Below are positions 53,232 to 62,453 of a stretch of DNA of 64,000 nucleotides, piece after piece. Position 1 is the first letter of the stretch, and each line of letters opens with the position of its first letter. This DNA comes from a virus. Under the pieces are notes generated by a model. The model did not search any database. It saw only the letters and a list, made by a program, of their open reading frames with translations, and had not been told where the DNA came from. A program made the position numbers and the translations under genes. The DNA lies in the UHGV virus genome UHGV-0023958, one strand, 5' to 3'.

Positions 53232-53518
53232 GCAATTTTAAATATATTTTTTAATTTTCTTCGGAAATTTCTTCTCTTCTGTCGAGAATGATTTCTGATT
53301 CGTCGGCTGTAACATACATGAATCTGTCTGAACCCCACTCTTCATACTGTGGATCGTGGGCGTAATCGATACAATAAATACCAAAACCTTCGTATGTTAA
53401 TAAAAGTTGATTTTCATTTTCAAGAAGAACTTTACAAACGCTTGCGATTGCTTTCCATAATTCTTCTTCCGACTTATATTTTTCGTGGTCTACTACAACG
53501 CAAGGTGTATTAATTTTA

Positions 53519-56329
53519 TTATTCATAAACAATTTCTCCGTCTTCGTTTATTAAGAAACTTTGCGCCTCTTTTGAAATAAGCATAAGTTTATACTTTCTT
53601 CCAAGGAATTCTTCGCCGTCTTCACATTCAATTGGCACGTATGTTTGTTTTTGTTCGATACAGTCGAGTATGTCATCACCAAGTATCTGCCAGGCAAAAT
53701 CCCAATTGAATTTCGTATATGATTGCGATAAAGCTTTAATATATGTCAACGTTTCCATCGTGGTAAGTTCGAGCGTCATCAAATCATTTTGAATTTCTTC
53801 TTTGATGATGTCGAGATAACCAAATCTTATGTCTTTAAAATCTTCATCGTCAACATCGAAATAAATGCTGTTAATAAGAGTGATTGCTTTTTTATTGCAG
53901 TATTTACGATACATATCGCGGAACTTTTGAAGAATATCTGGAATTATGATATAAGAATTTAAATCGTAATATGGAAGCATGCTTGTGCAGTTTTTATTAT
54001 ATTTAATATCAAAATCGATAGATTCGATATCACGACATAATAAATTCATCGTACAGTTTGTATTGATAAGTGGAAGAAACTTATGATATTTTTTTACAAA
54101 ATCATTCTCTTCTTTTGTTTTATTCTCTTTTATAAGAAGTTTTTTAAGTTTCTTTCCGAACATACATTTTGATGTTTCGTTATACGTATTTTCGTATTTC
54201 TTATATTTTTCGTTTAATTCTGGATATAAGTATCTAAAGAAATAAGGTTTTTTGGAAATAACGAGTGAATTATGATAATATTTTTCTTTTCTTTGCTCTT
54301 CTGTATCATCTTTGTCGATTTTCCAGATTTTAAGCCATTCGTCCTTCGGAGGACCTTTGGCTTCAACGCCTTTAATTCTGTCAATTTCCTGACCGTTGAT
54401 TTCTCGAAGAAGTTTTATGCGAAGCAGAAGCTCTTCCCGTTGCTTTTTTTGCTCTGGACGCTGGAACATCGGTAACATTGCTTCAATAATCGTTGAATAA
54501 TTACTGTAAGTTCCAACTTTTGTACCGAACCCACGAATATCTGTTTCTATGAAGTTTCTATGACAAATTTTGTGAGAAGGTGCCGGTTGTTTTTTATATG
54601 TGATAGGATTTGTATAATCTTTCATCGAACCTTTTAAAAATATCGGATTATTTGTGCTCATACAAATATCACCGTCAAAATCACTGTCTGAGTGTCGGAG
54701 TGTACTTAAATCATATATTGAATAAACAATCCCGCTTTCAATCCATTTGTACCATTTTGTTGTTTCTTCATTATCAAACAATTTGCAATGATTTATCTCG
54801 TGTTTATCAAGAAGTGGAGAGCGACAGAGAACTATTTCATCGCCAATATTTGCGCGATTTTTCCAGAAATTCGAATAAAAATGCTCACCGGGTAACACTC
54901 CGACGGGTGGCAATCCTAACGCGCTTTGACACTGTGCTATCGGATCGGAAATCATAAACGAATAATTTCCTTTAACCCATATTTTTCCAATTTTCGATTT
55001 ATTGATTGATTCAACTATGTTTTTGTAAATTTTTCTTTGGACATAAGAATCTTTTAAAAATTCTGGATTTTTTACAACCGCTTTCATAGCAAGGTTTTGC
55101 GCTCTTGTGTATACGTCAGAATATTCAATTTCCATATCTTGATTGAACCCACCGAGCGAATATAACATAGCATATAAATCATCTCCGCTACAAACTTTCT
55201 GAAGCCAATCGATGGTAGGTTGAATTAATTCTTTAACATCTTGTTCTTTTATATTTAAAACTTGAATATATTGATAATTTGCAAGAACCCATTCGTCATC
55301 ATATTTTTTGTTGTATCTAGATACACCCCATCCGATGTTATATTTAGTGGCATATGAATCAAAATCTTCCCAACTTGAATAAGCTTTGTATTCTTTAAAT
55401 TGACTTTCTGAAATCAAACAGTCTATATCTTCTATTTTATGTGGTATTCCCCATCTATCATAAATAACAGATATATTATACTCAGCTGCATACGCTTTAA
55501 AATCGAACGGAACGAGATTTCCTTTGATAAACACGGAGCGAACAACGTACGAACTGGCAACATAATCAAGCCCCATTTCCTCAGACCATTTCATTGCCAT
55601 TTCTGGAGAAACAAGCCCCTGTCCGTCACAGCTATTCATTGTTACGTCTTGGACTCTTTCCTCTACTGCCTTTTTCCCATCTTCTGTGTTTATAATCCAA
55701 TCGATTTTTTGATCTTTCAGTGTTGTTTCAAAATCTTTGATTATACAAACACGTGGTTTCGAAACCCACATTATCGAAGATGTTGAAAGAGAGAAATACG
55801 CAGACAGTTTGGCAATATTTGTTTCTTCGAGACGATTATTCAAATCGCACATCAAACGCGTAAATAATTCTTCGTAAATGCGCTCCGAACAGAATTGTAC
55901 CGTATTGTGTCTGATTTGTCCTGCACTGGCACTAAAACGAACATATCTTACACCGTTTAAATAAAACCCTGCTTTTGCAAGCCTTCTATATTCCGATTTT
56001 TTATTTACGGTAACAAGAACAAAATCTTTAACAAATAACTTATTTAAAATTGCATACCAGAATATTCTCGCATCTTTTGCTCTACCTTCTTTCTTTGCAC
56101 GTCTCATCGATCCACGAAGAAATTCTATTTCTTTAAATATCTCATGATGATTTCGATTATCGCCATTGATAAAACGAGCTTGTTGAAAAGCGATGTTATC
56201 TCCGAGTGAAACAAGATTTCCGTCCAAAGCAGCCTGTCTAGCATCGTATGATGGTATATCGAGGTTGTTTTCACAAATAAACTTTGAAGACAACTTTATA
56301 ATTTGATATAAAACTTGTTCGCGAGCCAT
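53519..56329 (-). CDS. putative YonO-like / two-barrel single-subunit RNA polymerase
   Basis: 936-aa protein with HSDSDFDGD (plus coords 54668-54682), matching the DxDGD metal-binding motif (NADFDGD in beta-prime; DxDGD in YonO/QDE-1-type RNAPs); translationally coupled TAATG with the upstream kinase. Confidence 0.5.
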   Translation of the reverse strand: MAREQVLYQIIKLSSKFICENNLDIPSYDARQAALDGNLVSLGDNIAFQQARFINGDNRNHHEIFKEIEFLRGSMRRAKKEGRAKDARIFWYAILNKLFVKDFVLVTVNKKSEYRRLAKAGFYLNGVRYVRFSASAGQIRHNTVQFCSERIYEELFTRLMCDLNNRLEETNIAKLSAYFSLSTSSIMWVSKPRVCIIKDFETTLKDQKIDWIINTEDGKKAVEERVQDVTMNSCDGQGLVSPEMAMKWSEEMGLDYVASSYVVRSVFIKGNLVPFDFKAYAAEYNISVIYDRWGIPHKIEDIDCLISESQFKEYKAYSSWEDFDSYATKYNIGWGVSRYNKKYDDEWVLANYQYIQVLNIKEQDVKELIQPTIDWLQKVCSGDDLYAMLYSLGGFNQDMEIEYSDVYTRAQNLAMKAVVKNPEFLKDSYVQRKIYKNIVESINKSKIGKIWVKGNYSFMISDPIAQCQSALGLPPVGVLPGEHFYSNFWKNRANIGDEIVLCRSPLLDKHEINHCKLFDNEETTKWYKWIESGIVYSIYDLSTLRHSDSDFDGDICMSTNNPIFLKGSMKDYTNPITYKKQPAPSHKICHRNFIETDIRGFGTKVGTYSNYSTIIEAMLPMFQRPEQKKQREELLLRIKLLREINGQEIDRIKGVEAKGPPKDEWLKIWKIDKDDTEEQRKEKYYHNSLVISKKPYFFRYLYPELNEKYKKYENTYNETSKCMFGKKLKKLLIKENKTKEENDFVKKYHKFLPLINTNCTMNLLCRDIESIDFDIKYNKNCTSMLPYYDLNSYIIIPDILQKFRDMYRKYCNKKAITLINSIYFDVDDEDFKDIRFGYLDIIKEEIQNDLMTLELTTMETLTYIKALSQSYTKFNWDFAWQILGDDILDCIEQKQTYVPIECEDGEEFLGRKYKLMLISKEAQSFLINEDGEIVYE

Positions 56330-56868
56330 TACACGCCCCTTTCTTTATATCTTTGTTCAATCAATTCATATAATTTAAAGCTTAAATCTTCGAGATCTTC
56401 GAGTGTACCGTCATTTTCGATATAAAAATCAAAATCATAATCATTCATCGCATTTTCAGAAGAATGTTTTCTTTGTTCTTCTGTCAAATCGTTTTCGATT
56501 GGTCTATCAACGAACAATGTAATAATTTCTTCCTTATCCGCAACGTTTGTCTCATTTGGATATCTACAGTCTGGAATAATTACTACTTCTTCTGGACAAC
56601 CAAGAACAAATTCTTTTGCGATTTTTACCCAACAATCAGATTTGTTGCTTCTATAAATATCTCCCGTGTGTTGAAGAATTGTTCTTCCAACAGGGCCTTT
56701 GTCACCTCGTGTCCAATGATAAGCGTTTTCGCAAATCATTTTCAGCGGATCGGCGAAATGATAAATCAAAACGCGTTTTCCTTCTTCTTCATATCTTCTT
56801 CTAAGAGCTTCTGCGGTACTATCCTTACCATGCCGCCCTTTACCAGAGATTAAAATAATCTTTTTCAC
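56329..56868 (-). CDS. deoxynucleoside monophosphate kinase (T4 gp1-like)
   Basis: MKKIILISGKGRHGKDSTAEAL parallels T4 gp1 MKLIFLSGVKRSGKDTTADFI (P-loop). Confidence 0.5.
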   Translation of the reverse strand: MKKIILISGKGRHGKDSTAEALRRRYEEEGKRVLIYHFADPLKMICENAYHWTRGDKGPVGRTILQHTGDIYRSNKSDCWVKIAKEFVLGCPEEVVIIPDCRYPNETNVADKEEIITLFVDRPIENDLTEEQRKHSSENAMNDYDFDFYIENDGTLEDLEDLSFKLYELIEQRYKERGV

Positions 56869-56883
56869 TATATAAGGTTCTCC

Positions 56884-57489
56884 TTAATTTATAAATTCTG
56901 GATGTTCATAAAAGAAAAGTAAACTTTCTTCAATTAAATCCCAGTTTTCTAAAATGTATACGCTTTCTTTATCGTATTCGCCAAGATATTGATTCCAAGG
57001 GAGCTGCATACCGTGTGTAATTAAAATTTTAATCGGTGCGTTTGTATTTAAAGAATCTGTTCTATCGTCAATCTGAATTCCGCCAGTCATATCAATATGA
57101 CCTTTACCAAAATCTGAAAGCGTATCTGTTCTAAATCCAACCCCAACGACTTCGGCCTCTGGAAGATATTTTGAAAAATACTCTTCTTTTCTCCGAAGAT
57201 TTTCAGAAGTTCCTTTTGTTACAATTTTTAAAGAAAATTTATCTTTATGTTTTCTCCAAAAGTTTTCAAATCCTTTTTTTATCTTTACTCTGTCAAAAAA
57301 ATCTTTGGAGTTATAAATTTCTGTAACTTCTGCTGGTGTTACTTCGTCGCAAATGGAATGGTAATTCCAATCTTCTAAATCCAAAATAGTTTTTGCAGGA
57401 GAAAGATTGTATTTTTCGTTGAGTATTTCAATTACAGCTTTAGACGAATCTAAAATTGTATCATCTGCATCAACATATAGAGTTACCAT
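56884..57489 (-). CDS. HAD-family 5'(3')-deoxyribonucleotidase-like protein
   Basis: HAD motif I LYVDADDTI; SD AAAGGAGAA; first gene of the minus-strand block. Confidence 0.45.
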   Translation of the reverse strand: MVTLYVDADDTILDSSKAVIEILNEKYNLSPAKTILDLEDWNYHSICDEVTPAEVTEIYNSKDFFDRVKIKKGFENFWRKHKDKFSLKIVTKGTSENLRRKEEYFSKYLPEAEVVGVGFRTDTLSDFGKGHIDMTGGIQIDDRTDSLNTNAPIKILITHGMQLPWNQYLGEYDKESVYILENWDLIEESLLFFYEHPEFIN

Positions 57490-57541
57490 CTCATTTTCTC
57501 CTTTATTTTAATTTCTGTGGCTTCATCTTAACCACGATGTT

Positions 57542-57570
57542 ATTATACCACATTTTACAAAATTTGTCAA
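57542..57570 (-). promoter_or_regulatory. sigma70-type promoter (minus strand) heading the central block
   Basis: minus strand TTGACA -17(aattttgtaaaatgtgg)- TATAAT. Confidence 0.6.
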
Positions 57571-58251
57571 CTATTTTCGACGTATATTGTAAAATATTTT
57601 CACAATTTTTATTTTTATTTATTGACACATGTATATACGCGTGCGTACGCGCGTTTTTATTATATTATTATATTTATTATATATTATTATAAATATCTTA
57701 TATATTATAATATTTTTTAATTTATTTTAGATTCCCCACCCAAAGAAAAACCCACCCAATAATTCCTTCGAAAAATTTTCGAAGTTCATATTTCCAAATC
57801 CAAAAACAAAAATAGAATTGAAATCAAAATTAGAAATATGAAAATAAGATAATCATTCATTACATTCTGCCCATAATATAGATTATATTTTAAATTATTA
57901 TAATCACGATTATCTTTATTCACAGACACATTACTTAAAGTTTAAGTAATTCCTCCTCCCGTCTTTTTTATTTGAGGTATAGTTTGGGAACCACGGTCCT
58001 CTAACGGCAATTATTCATTAGCCGAGCGAATATCTCTTGTCAGGCTCGCAACACCAATTAGTTTTGTATTCGGGACCTATATAAGCAAACCGATACTTGT
58101 GAAAGGGAAGATAAACATTTTTGCTACCCTTGATCAACGTGGACCTATTTAGTTTGTGATTATTATAACATATATCTAAAAATAAGTCAAGCGATTTTGT
58201 ACTAGTTTCAGGAAATTTTTTAAATATTTTTTTAAAATCATTTGAATTAAC

Positions 58252-58280
58252 TTGACAAATATTTAATAATATGTTATAAT
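58252..58280 (+). promoter_or_regulatory. sigma70-type promoter heading the right arm
   Basis: TTGACA(58252-58257) -17- TATAAT(58275-58280); SD AAAGGAGG then ATG 58308. Confidence 0.6.
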
Positions 58281-58307
58281 ATATTATGAATAAAGGAGGT
58301 TTTCTTT

Positions 58308-58868
58308 ATGAAAGATAAAAAAATGGAAAAAGAAATTTTAGATGTATATGATATATTCGAAAAACATAAAGATGAAAATTTTGAAGAAATCTTTACAAAT
58401 TATAAAGAAGAATTTGAAAAATCTTTACCTTCGTTGCCAGATGGAGATTATAAAGTAAAGATTTTAAATAAACTTTACGATAATTATGTAAATGTTGAAA
58501 ATCAAGAACATAAATTGATAAAGTTTTATAAAGAGGAAGATGATTTCATAAAAACAATTGAAAATAAAGATATGAAAGCACTCTTTTATTCATTCTATGC
58601 GCTCCATAAATTAAATATGCACGAGAGCGGTTGGGATAGTTATGATATAGACAAATTGCGCGAATTATCGGGCATTGAGAAGCTCAAATGCGAAGATTTG
58701 CCGCCAGTTTTGAAATATGGAATTCAACTTCGTGTGAGCGGAAGCAAAAAACCGACGCAAACCTTTCATATTGATAACGGAGTTGAAGGAAAGGAAATTT
58801 CGTGGAGTTGCTTCGACGATACTTTTAAAGAACGAATGAGGAGGCTGGTTTATGGAGATTGTAAATAA
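58308..58868 (+). CDS. hypothetical protein
   Basis: ORF track. Confidence 0.45.
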   Translation: MKDKKMEKEILDVYDIFEKHKDENFEEIFTNYKEEFEKSLPSLPDGDYKVKILNKLYDNYVNVENQEHKLIKFYKEEDDFIKTIENKDMKALFYSFYALHKLNMHESGWDSYDIDKLRELSGIEKLKCEDLPPVLKYGIQLRVSGSKKPTQTFHIDNGVEGKEISWSCFDDTFKERMRRLVYGDCK

Positions 58869-59625
58869 ATTAGAAGCAATTAAATATATGCTGAATAATA
58901 AATCTTACATTCCCGAATTGAGTACAAATAAATAGGATGCCTGGCTCTTATATTATTTAAGAAAGAAGAAGGGAAAAGATAAAGACGAAGCATATAAGAT
59001 TTGGCTTCCGATTTATGAAACAGTACACGAAAAATCTTCCAAGGGCGAATACCTTGGTGTCTTTTGGAATAAGTGGAAAACTTCCGCTTCAACCGTCCGT
59101 TTAAACAAACAAAATATTGCAACGATTTATCAAGAAGAGATTGATAGAATAAATAAATGCGACGTTAAAGCAACTTGGCAGAAGCAGTTATTGTTATTGA
59201 TTTTGGTTTATGCGAAAATGACAAACAATTTCAGATTAAGCGAAATTAATCTCGGCCTTTTCGCGAAATATATCGGAAAGAAAACGAAAGATATTACCGA
59301 AAATCTTTCTTACTCAATGACGCAAGAAGCGATTAAAAACGAGATATTCGAAATGGTTGAAATAAAGGAGTGGGATGATATTGAAGGTTGCTGGGAAACG
59401 AGTAGATATTTCAATATTCACGAATTTAAGAATGGCGAAGTCATTTGTAATATATGGAACGGCTATCAAGTAAAAGAATTAGATCATTTGTTTCCTATTA
59501 TTAAAACTTGCGAGAATTGCGGAAGCGAGTTTCGACCGAGTTCTCGTGGAAAAACTTGTTTATGTGAAAGATGTTATAAGAGAAAAAGATATGATTTCCA
59601 AAACTCTTTTCATATTGTTAAGTAA
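58852..59625 (+). CDS. hypothetical protein with C-terminal zinc ribbon; one in-frame TAG at 58933-58935
   Basis: SD GAGGAGG then ATG 58852; reading frame open from 58852 to 59625 except the single TAG (codon 28); C-terminal CENCG..CLCERC. Confidence 0.5.
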
Positions 59626-59760
59626 TTAAAATTACAACAGGAAATCCCCTCTCCTTTATGAGTAAAGAAATAGAAAACACAAAATGTGAATAAAACGTTT
59701 CTTTCAAAATAACAGAACTCCGCACGCGTATAAGATAAGCGGACCACGCGGAGTCGATTT

Positions 59761-59836
59761 GCTTTCATGGCTCAATTGGTAGAGCATTTGATTTGTAATC
59801 AAAGGATTCTCGGTTCAAGTCCGAGTGGAAGCTCCA
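59761..59836 (+). tRNA. tRNA-Thr (anticodon UGU), CCA encoded
   Basis: cloverleaf: acceptor GCTTTCA/TGGAAGC, D-stem GCTC/GAGC, anticodon stem TTTGA/TCAAA with loop TTTGTAA, T-arm CTCGG-TTCAAGT-CCGAG, discriminator T then CCA. Confidence 0.7.
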
Positions 59837-59890
59837 TTTATAAATGGTTTCCGCCGTCTGGTGGATTGAGATTAAAAGGAGATAGAAGTA

Positions 59891-61108
59891 ATGATTGAAG
59901 AAAAATTTCAAATGTTAGACGGCGAGAATACCGATGAATACACAATTCGTATTTGTTCAATGCGTGAAGACGAGAATTTAACTTGGCAGGAAGTTGCTGA
60001 TATAATCAACGAAGAAACAGATAGAAGTTATTCTGAGAAAAAGTATCGCACTGATTATAAGCGTTTTTGCGAAGGCATGAATAAAGGTTATGAAATTGCG
60101 AAAGAGGAAAGTGATAATTCTTCTTTGTCGCAAGAAGAAATCACTGTTAAGCTTCGAGAATTCGAAAAAGCAAAAATCAAAATGCGCGACGAGCGTATTG
60201 ATTATATGCGGATTATTCGAGAGGAAGCGCGTAAAGAATCTTTTGTTGATTTGGTTCGTCGTGTAATTCAAGAAGAAGTTAAGCCATACGATAACGGTGT
60301 TTATATTCTTCCAGAAGAAACGTACGATGACGATATGATTGTTTGTTTGAGTGATTTACACACTGGAATGGTGTGTGATAATTACTGGAACAAATTTAAT
60401 ACCGATATTTTAAAGCAAAGACTCGATAGATATTTGGTTGAAATATTAAAAATTCAAAAATTGCACAAGTGCAAAAATTGTTATATTGCACTTGGTGGCG
60501 ATAATATTAGTGGTTTAATTCATGTTAATATGCGCTTGCAAAATAATGAAGATGTTATTAGACAAGTGAAAATTGCTTCTTTACTTATTGGCGATTTTAT
60601 TAAAGCACTCGATGATTCTAATTTGTTTGAAAGAATTCAGGTAAATAGTGTTGCAGGAAATCACTCAAGAATTTCTCCGAACAAACAAGATCATTTAAAA
60701 GGCGAAGAACTCGACGATTTAATTCCTTTTTATTTGAATGTTATGTTTATGAACAGACCAAATGTAAAAGTGTATGAAGATTGTTCGATTGATTCTACTA
60801 TAGATAGTATTGTAACACGCGCGGGAAGATTGTTCTATATAACCCACGGAGATAAAGACTCGGAAAAGGGTGTTGCCTCACGACTTACAATGATGTTGGG
60901 AAGAAAACCTGACGGTGTAATTATGGGACATAGACATCATAACGCGTATAATACTATCGATAATGTAAAAATTATACAAAACGGCAGTTTTGAAGGCGTT
61001 GATGACCATTGTATCAATATGCGTATTTCTGGTTCTCCAGAACAAGTCGTATTCCTTACAAACGCAGACAGAGTTGTTAAATGTTTGTATGATATAAATT
61101 TGGGCTAA
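59891..61108 (+). CDS. calcineurin-like metallophosphoesterase (Mre11/SbcD-like nuclease or phosphatase)
   Basis: ordered motifs LSDLHTG, ALGGDNISG, AGNHSRIS, MGHRHH. Confidence 0.4.
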   Translation: MIEEKFQMLDGENTDEYTIRICSMREDENLTWQEVADIINEETDRSYSEKKYRTDYKRFCEGMNKGYEIAKEESDNSSLSQEEITVKLREFEKAKIKMRDERIDYMRIIREEARKESFVDLVRRVIQEEVKPYDNGVYILPEETYDDDMIVCLSDLHTGMVCDNYWNKFNTDILKQRLDRYLVEILKIQKLHKCKNCYIALGGDNISGLIHVNMRLQNNEDVIRQVKIASLLIGDFIKALDDSNLFERIQVNSVAGNHSRISPNKQDHLKGEELDDLIPFYLNVMFMNRPNVKVYEDCSIDSTIDSIVTRAGRLFYITHGDKDSEKGVASRLTMMLGRKPDGVIMGHRHHNAYNTIDNVKIIQNGSFEGVDDHCINMRISGSPEQVVFLTNADRVVKCLYDINLG

Positions 61109-61172
61109 TAACCTCAAATAACCCCTCTTTATGAGGGGTTATAATTTTAATATATTAAAAGGTGGATAGAAG

Positions 61173-62453
61173 ATGATTTTTAAAAAAACACCAGTAGATA
61201 AAAAGTATGATGCTGCTGGCGATGATGAAGATGGTTTATCTTCTGAAAAATACCCTCCTCTTGGGAATTTTAACACCGTAAGACAACAAGGCGGTTGTTT
61301 TGGGTGTGGGGCAATACGAAAAATCTCATCTTATCCCATCGTTCATCCAAAAAGCGGCTGGGGTTTGATGGATAAAAACGGCAAAAAACACTTTGTGTTT
61401 TGTGAAAATTGTTTTGCAAAGTTAATAGATCAATATACCGAAGAGGCGCATGGAAATAAATATAAAGCTTTATATCGTATGTGTATGTATACAGGTTATT
61501 ATTACGATGATAAGCTTGCACACAGGGTTATAGAAGAAGAACATAAATATGACGATAACACTCCAGTTCCAAAATCCTATCACTGGGGCTTGCTTTATAA
61601 TAAAGCAGTTCGCGAAGATTTGATACTTTCTGATAAGACATTTTACGATTCCGATAATATTATGTTTGAGGAAGTTGTAAAATATCATAATCAACACAGC
61701 GTTGAAGATTTAATGTCTGACGAAGATAAAAACAATAGAATTACAATTTTGTCAGTCTTTCACTGTGATCCGTTTGAAGACGAAGAATTATTGGATAGAG
61801 TTAAATTACAAAACGACCTTGTAACAATGATTGACGATTCAATGGCGGACGATATGGTTCGTCAAAAGGCGGCAATCGAAATCGTTCGTTCGTTTCATCG
61901 TATCGATAAAATTAGTAAAGCTTTACAAGAATTACAAACAGATAAAGATACAATGCTCGAACATACAAAAGAGATTAAAGAGTTGTCTGAAACTAAACAA
62001 AAAGAAACAAGCTTGGTAACTCAATTCTCAAAAGACCACGGGTTTGCCGAAAAATACGCCACTGCAAAATCAAGAGGTTCTGGTTCACTTGGTTATATTA
62101 TAAAAGAAATGAACGAGAAAGGATATGATAGGGGTGCTGTCAATAAATTTGATATAGACACGGCAGCGGCAATGAAACAGGTTGCGGATATAAGTTCTTC
62201 ATCAATGGCGAAACAAGTTGCGCTTAGTGATTCTGATAAAGCTGCTATGATAAAAGATCAATCGATAATGATTAATCGAATGAGAGAAACGATGGAAAAA
62301 CAAGCTGAAGAATTAAGACTACTTCGTGAAAAACATTTGAAATCTGAATTATTAGACGAGTATAAAAAAGATTTGAAAGATAAAGGTTTAAATGAAGAAC
62401 AAATAGATAGAGCTGTTAAAGAAGAATTAGATAGAAGGATACCAGTTGTATAA
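61173..62453 (+). CDS. hypothetical zinc-ribbon/coiled-coil protein; possible terminase small subunit by position
   Basis: immediately upstream of and coupled (TAATG) to terL; N-terminal CFGCG..CENCF, long charged C-terminal helix. Confidence 0.3.
   Translation: MIFKKTPVDKKYDAAGDDEDGLSSEKYPPLGNFNTVRQQGGCFGCGAIRKISSYPIVHPKSGWGLMDKNGKKHFVFCENCFAKLIDQYTEEAHGNKYKALYRMCMYTGYYYDDKLAHRVIEEEHKYDDNTPVPKSYHWGLLYNKAVREDLILSDKTFYDSDNIMFEEVVKYHNQHSVEDLMSDEDKNNRITILSVFHCDPFEDEELLDRVKLQNDLVTMIDDSMADDMVRQKAAIEIVRSFHRIDKISKALQELQTDKDTMLEHTKEIKELSETKQKETSLVTQFSKDHGFAEKYATAKSRGSGSLGYIIKEMNEKGYDRGAVNKFDIDTAAAMKQVADISSSSMAKQVALSDSDKAAMIKDQSIMINRMRETMEKQAEELRLLREKHLKSELLDEYKKDLKDKGLNEEQIDRAVKEELDRRIPVV

Noticed and set aside
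59761-59836. The tRNA as the amber suppressor responsible for TAG read-through
   Set aside because: The anticodon loop reads UGU (Thr), not CUA. A suppressor must be elsewhere or supplied differently.
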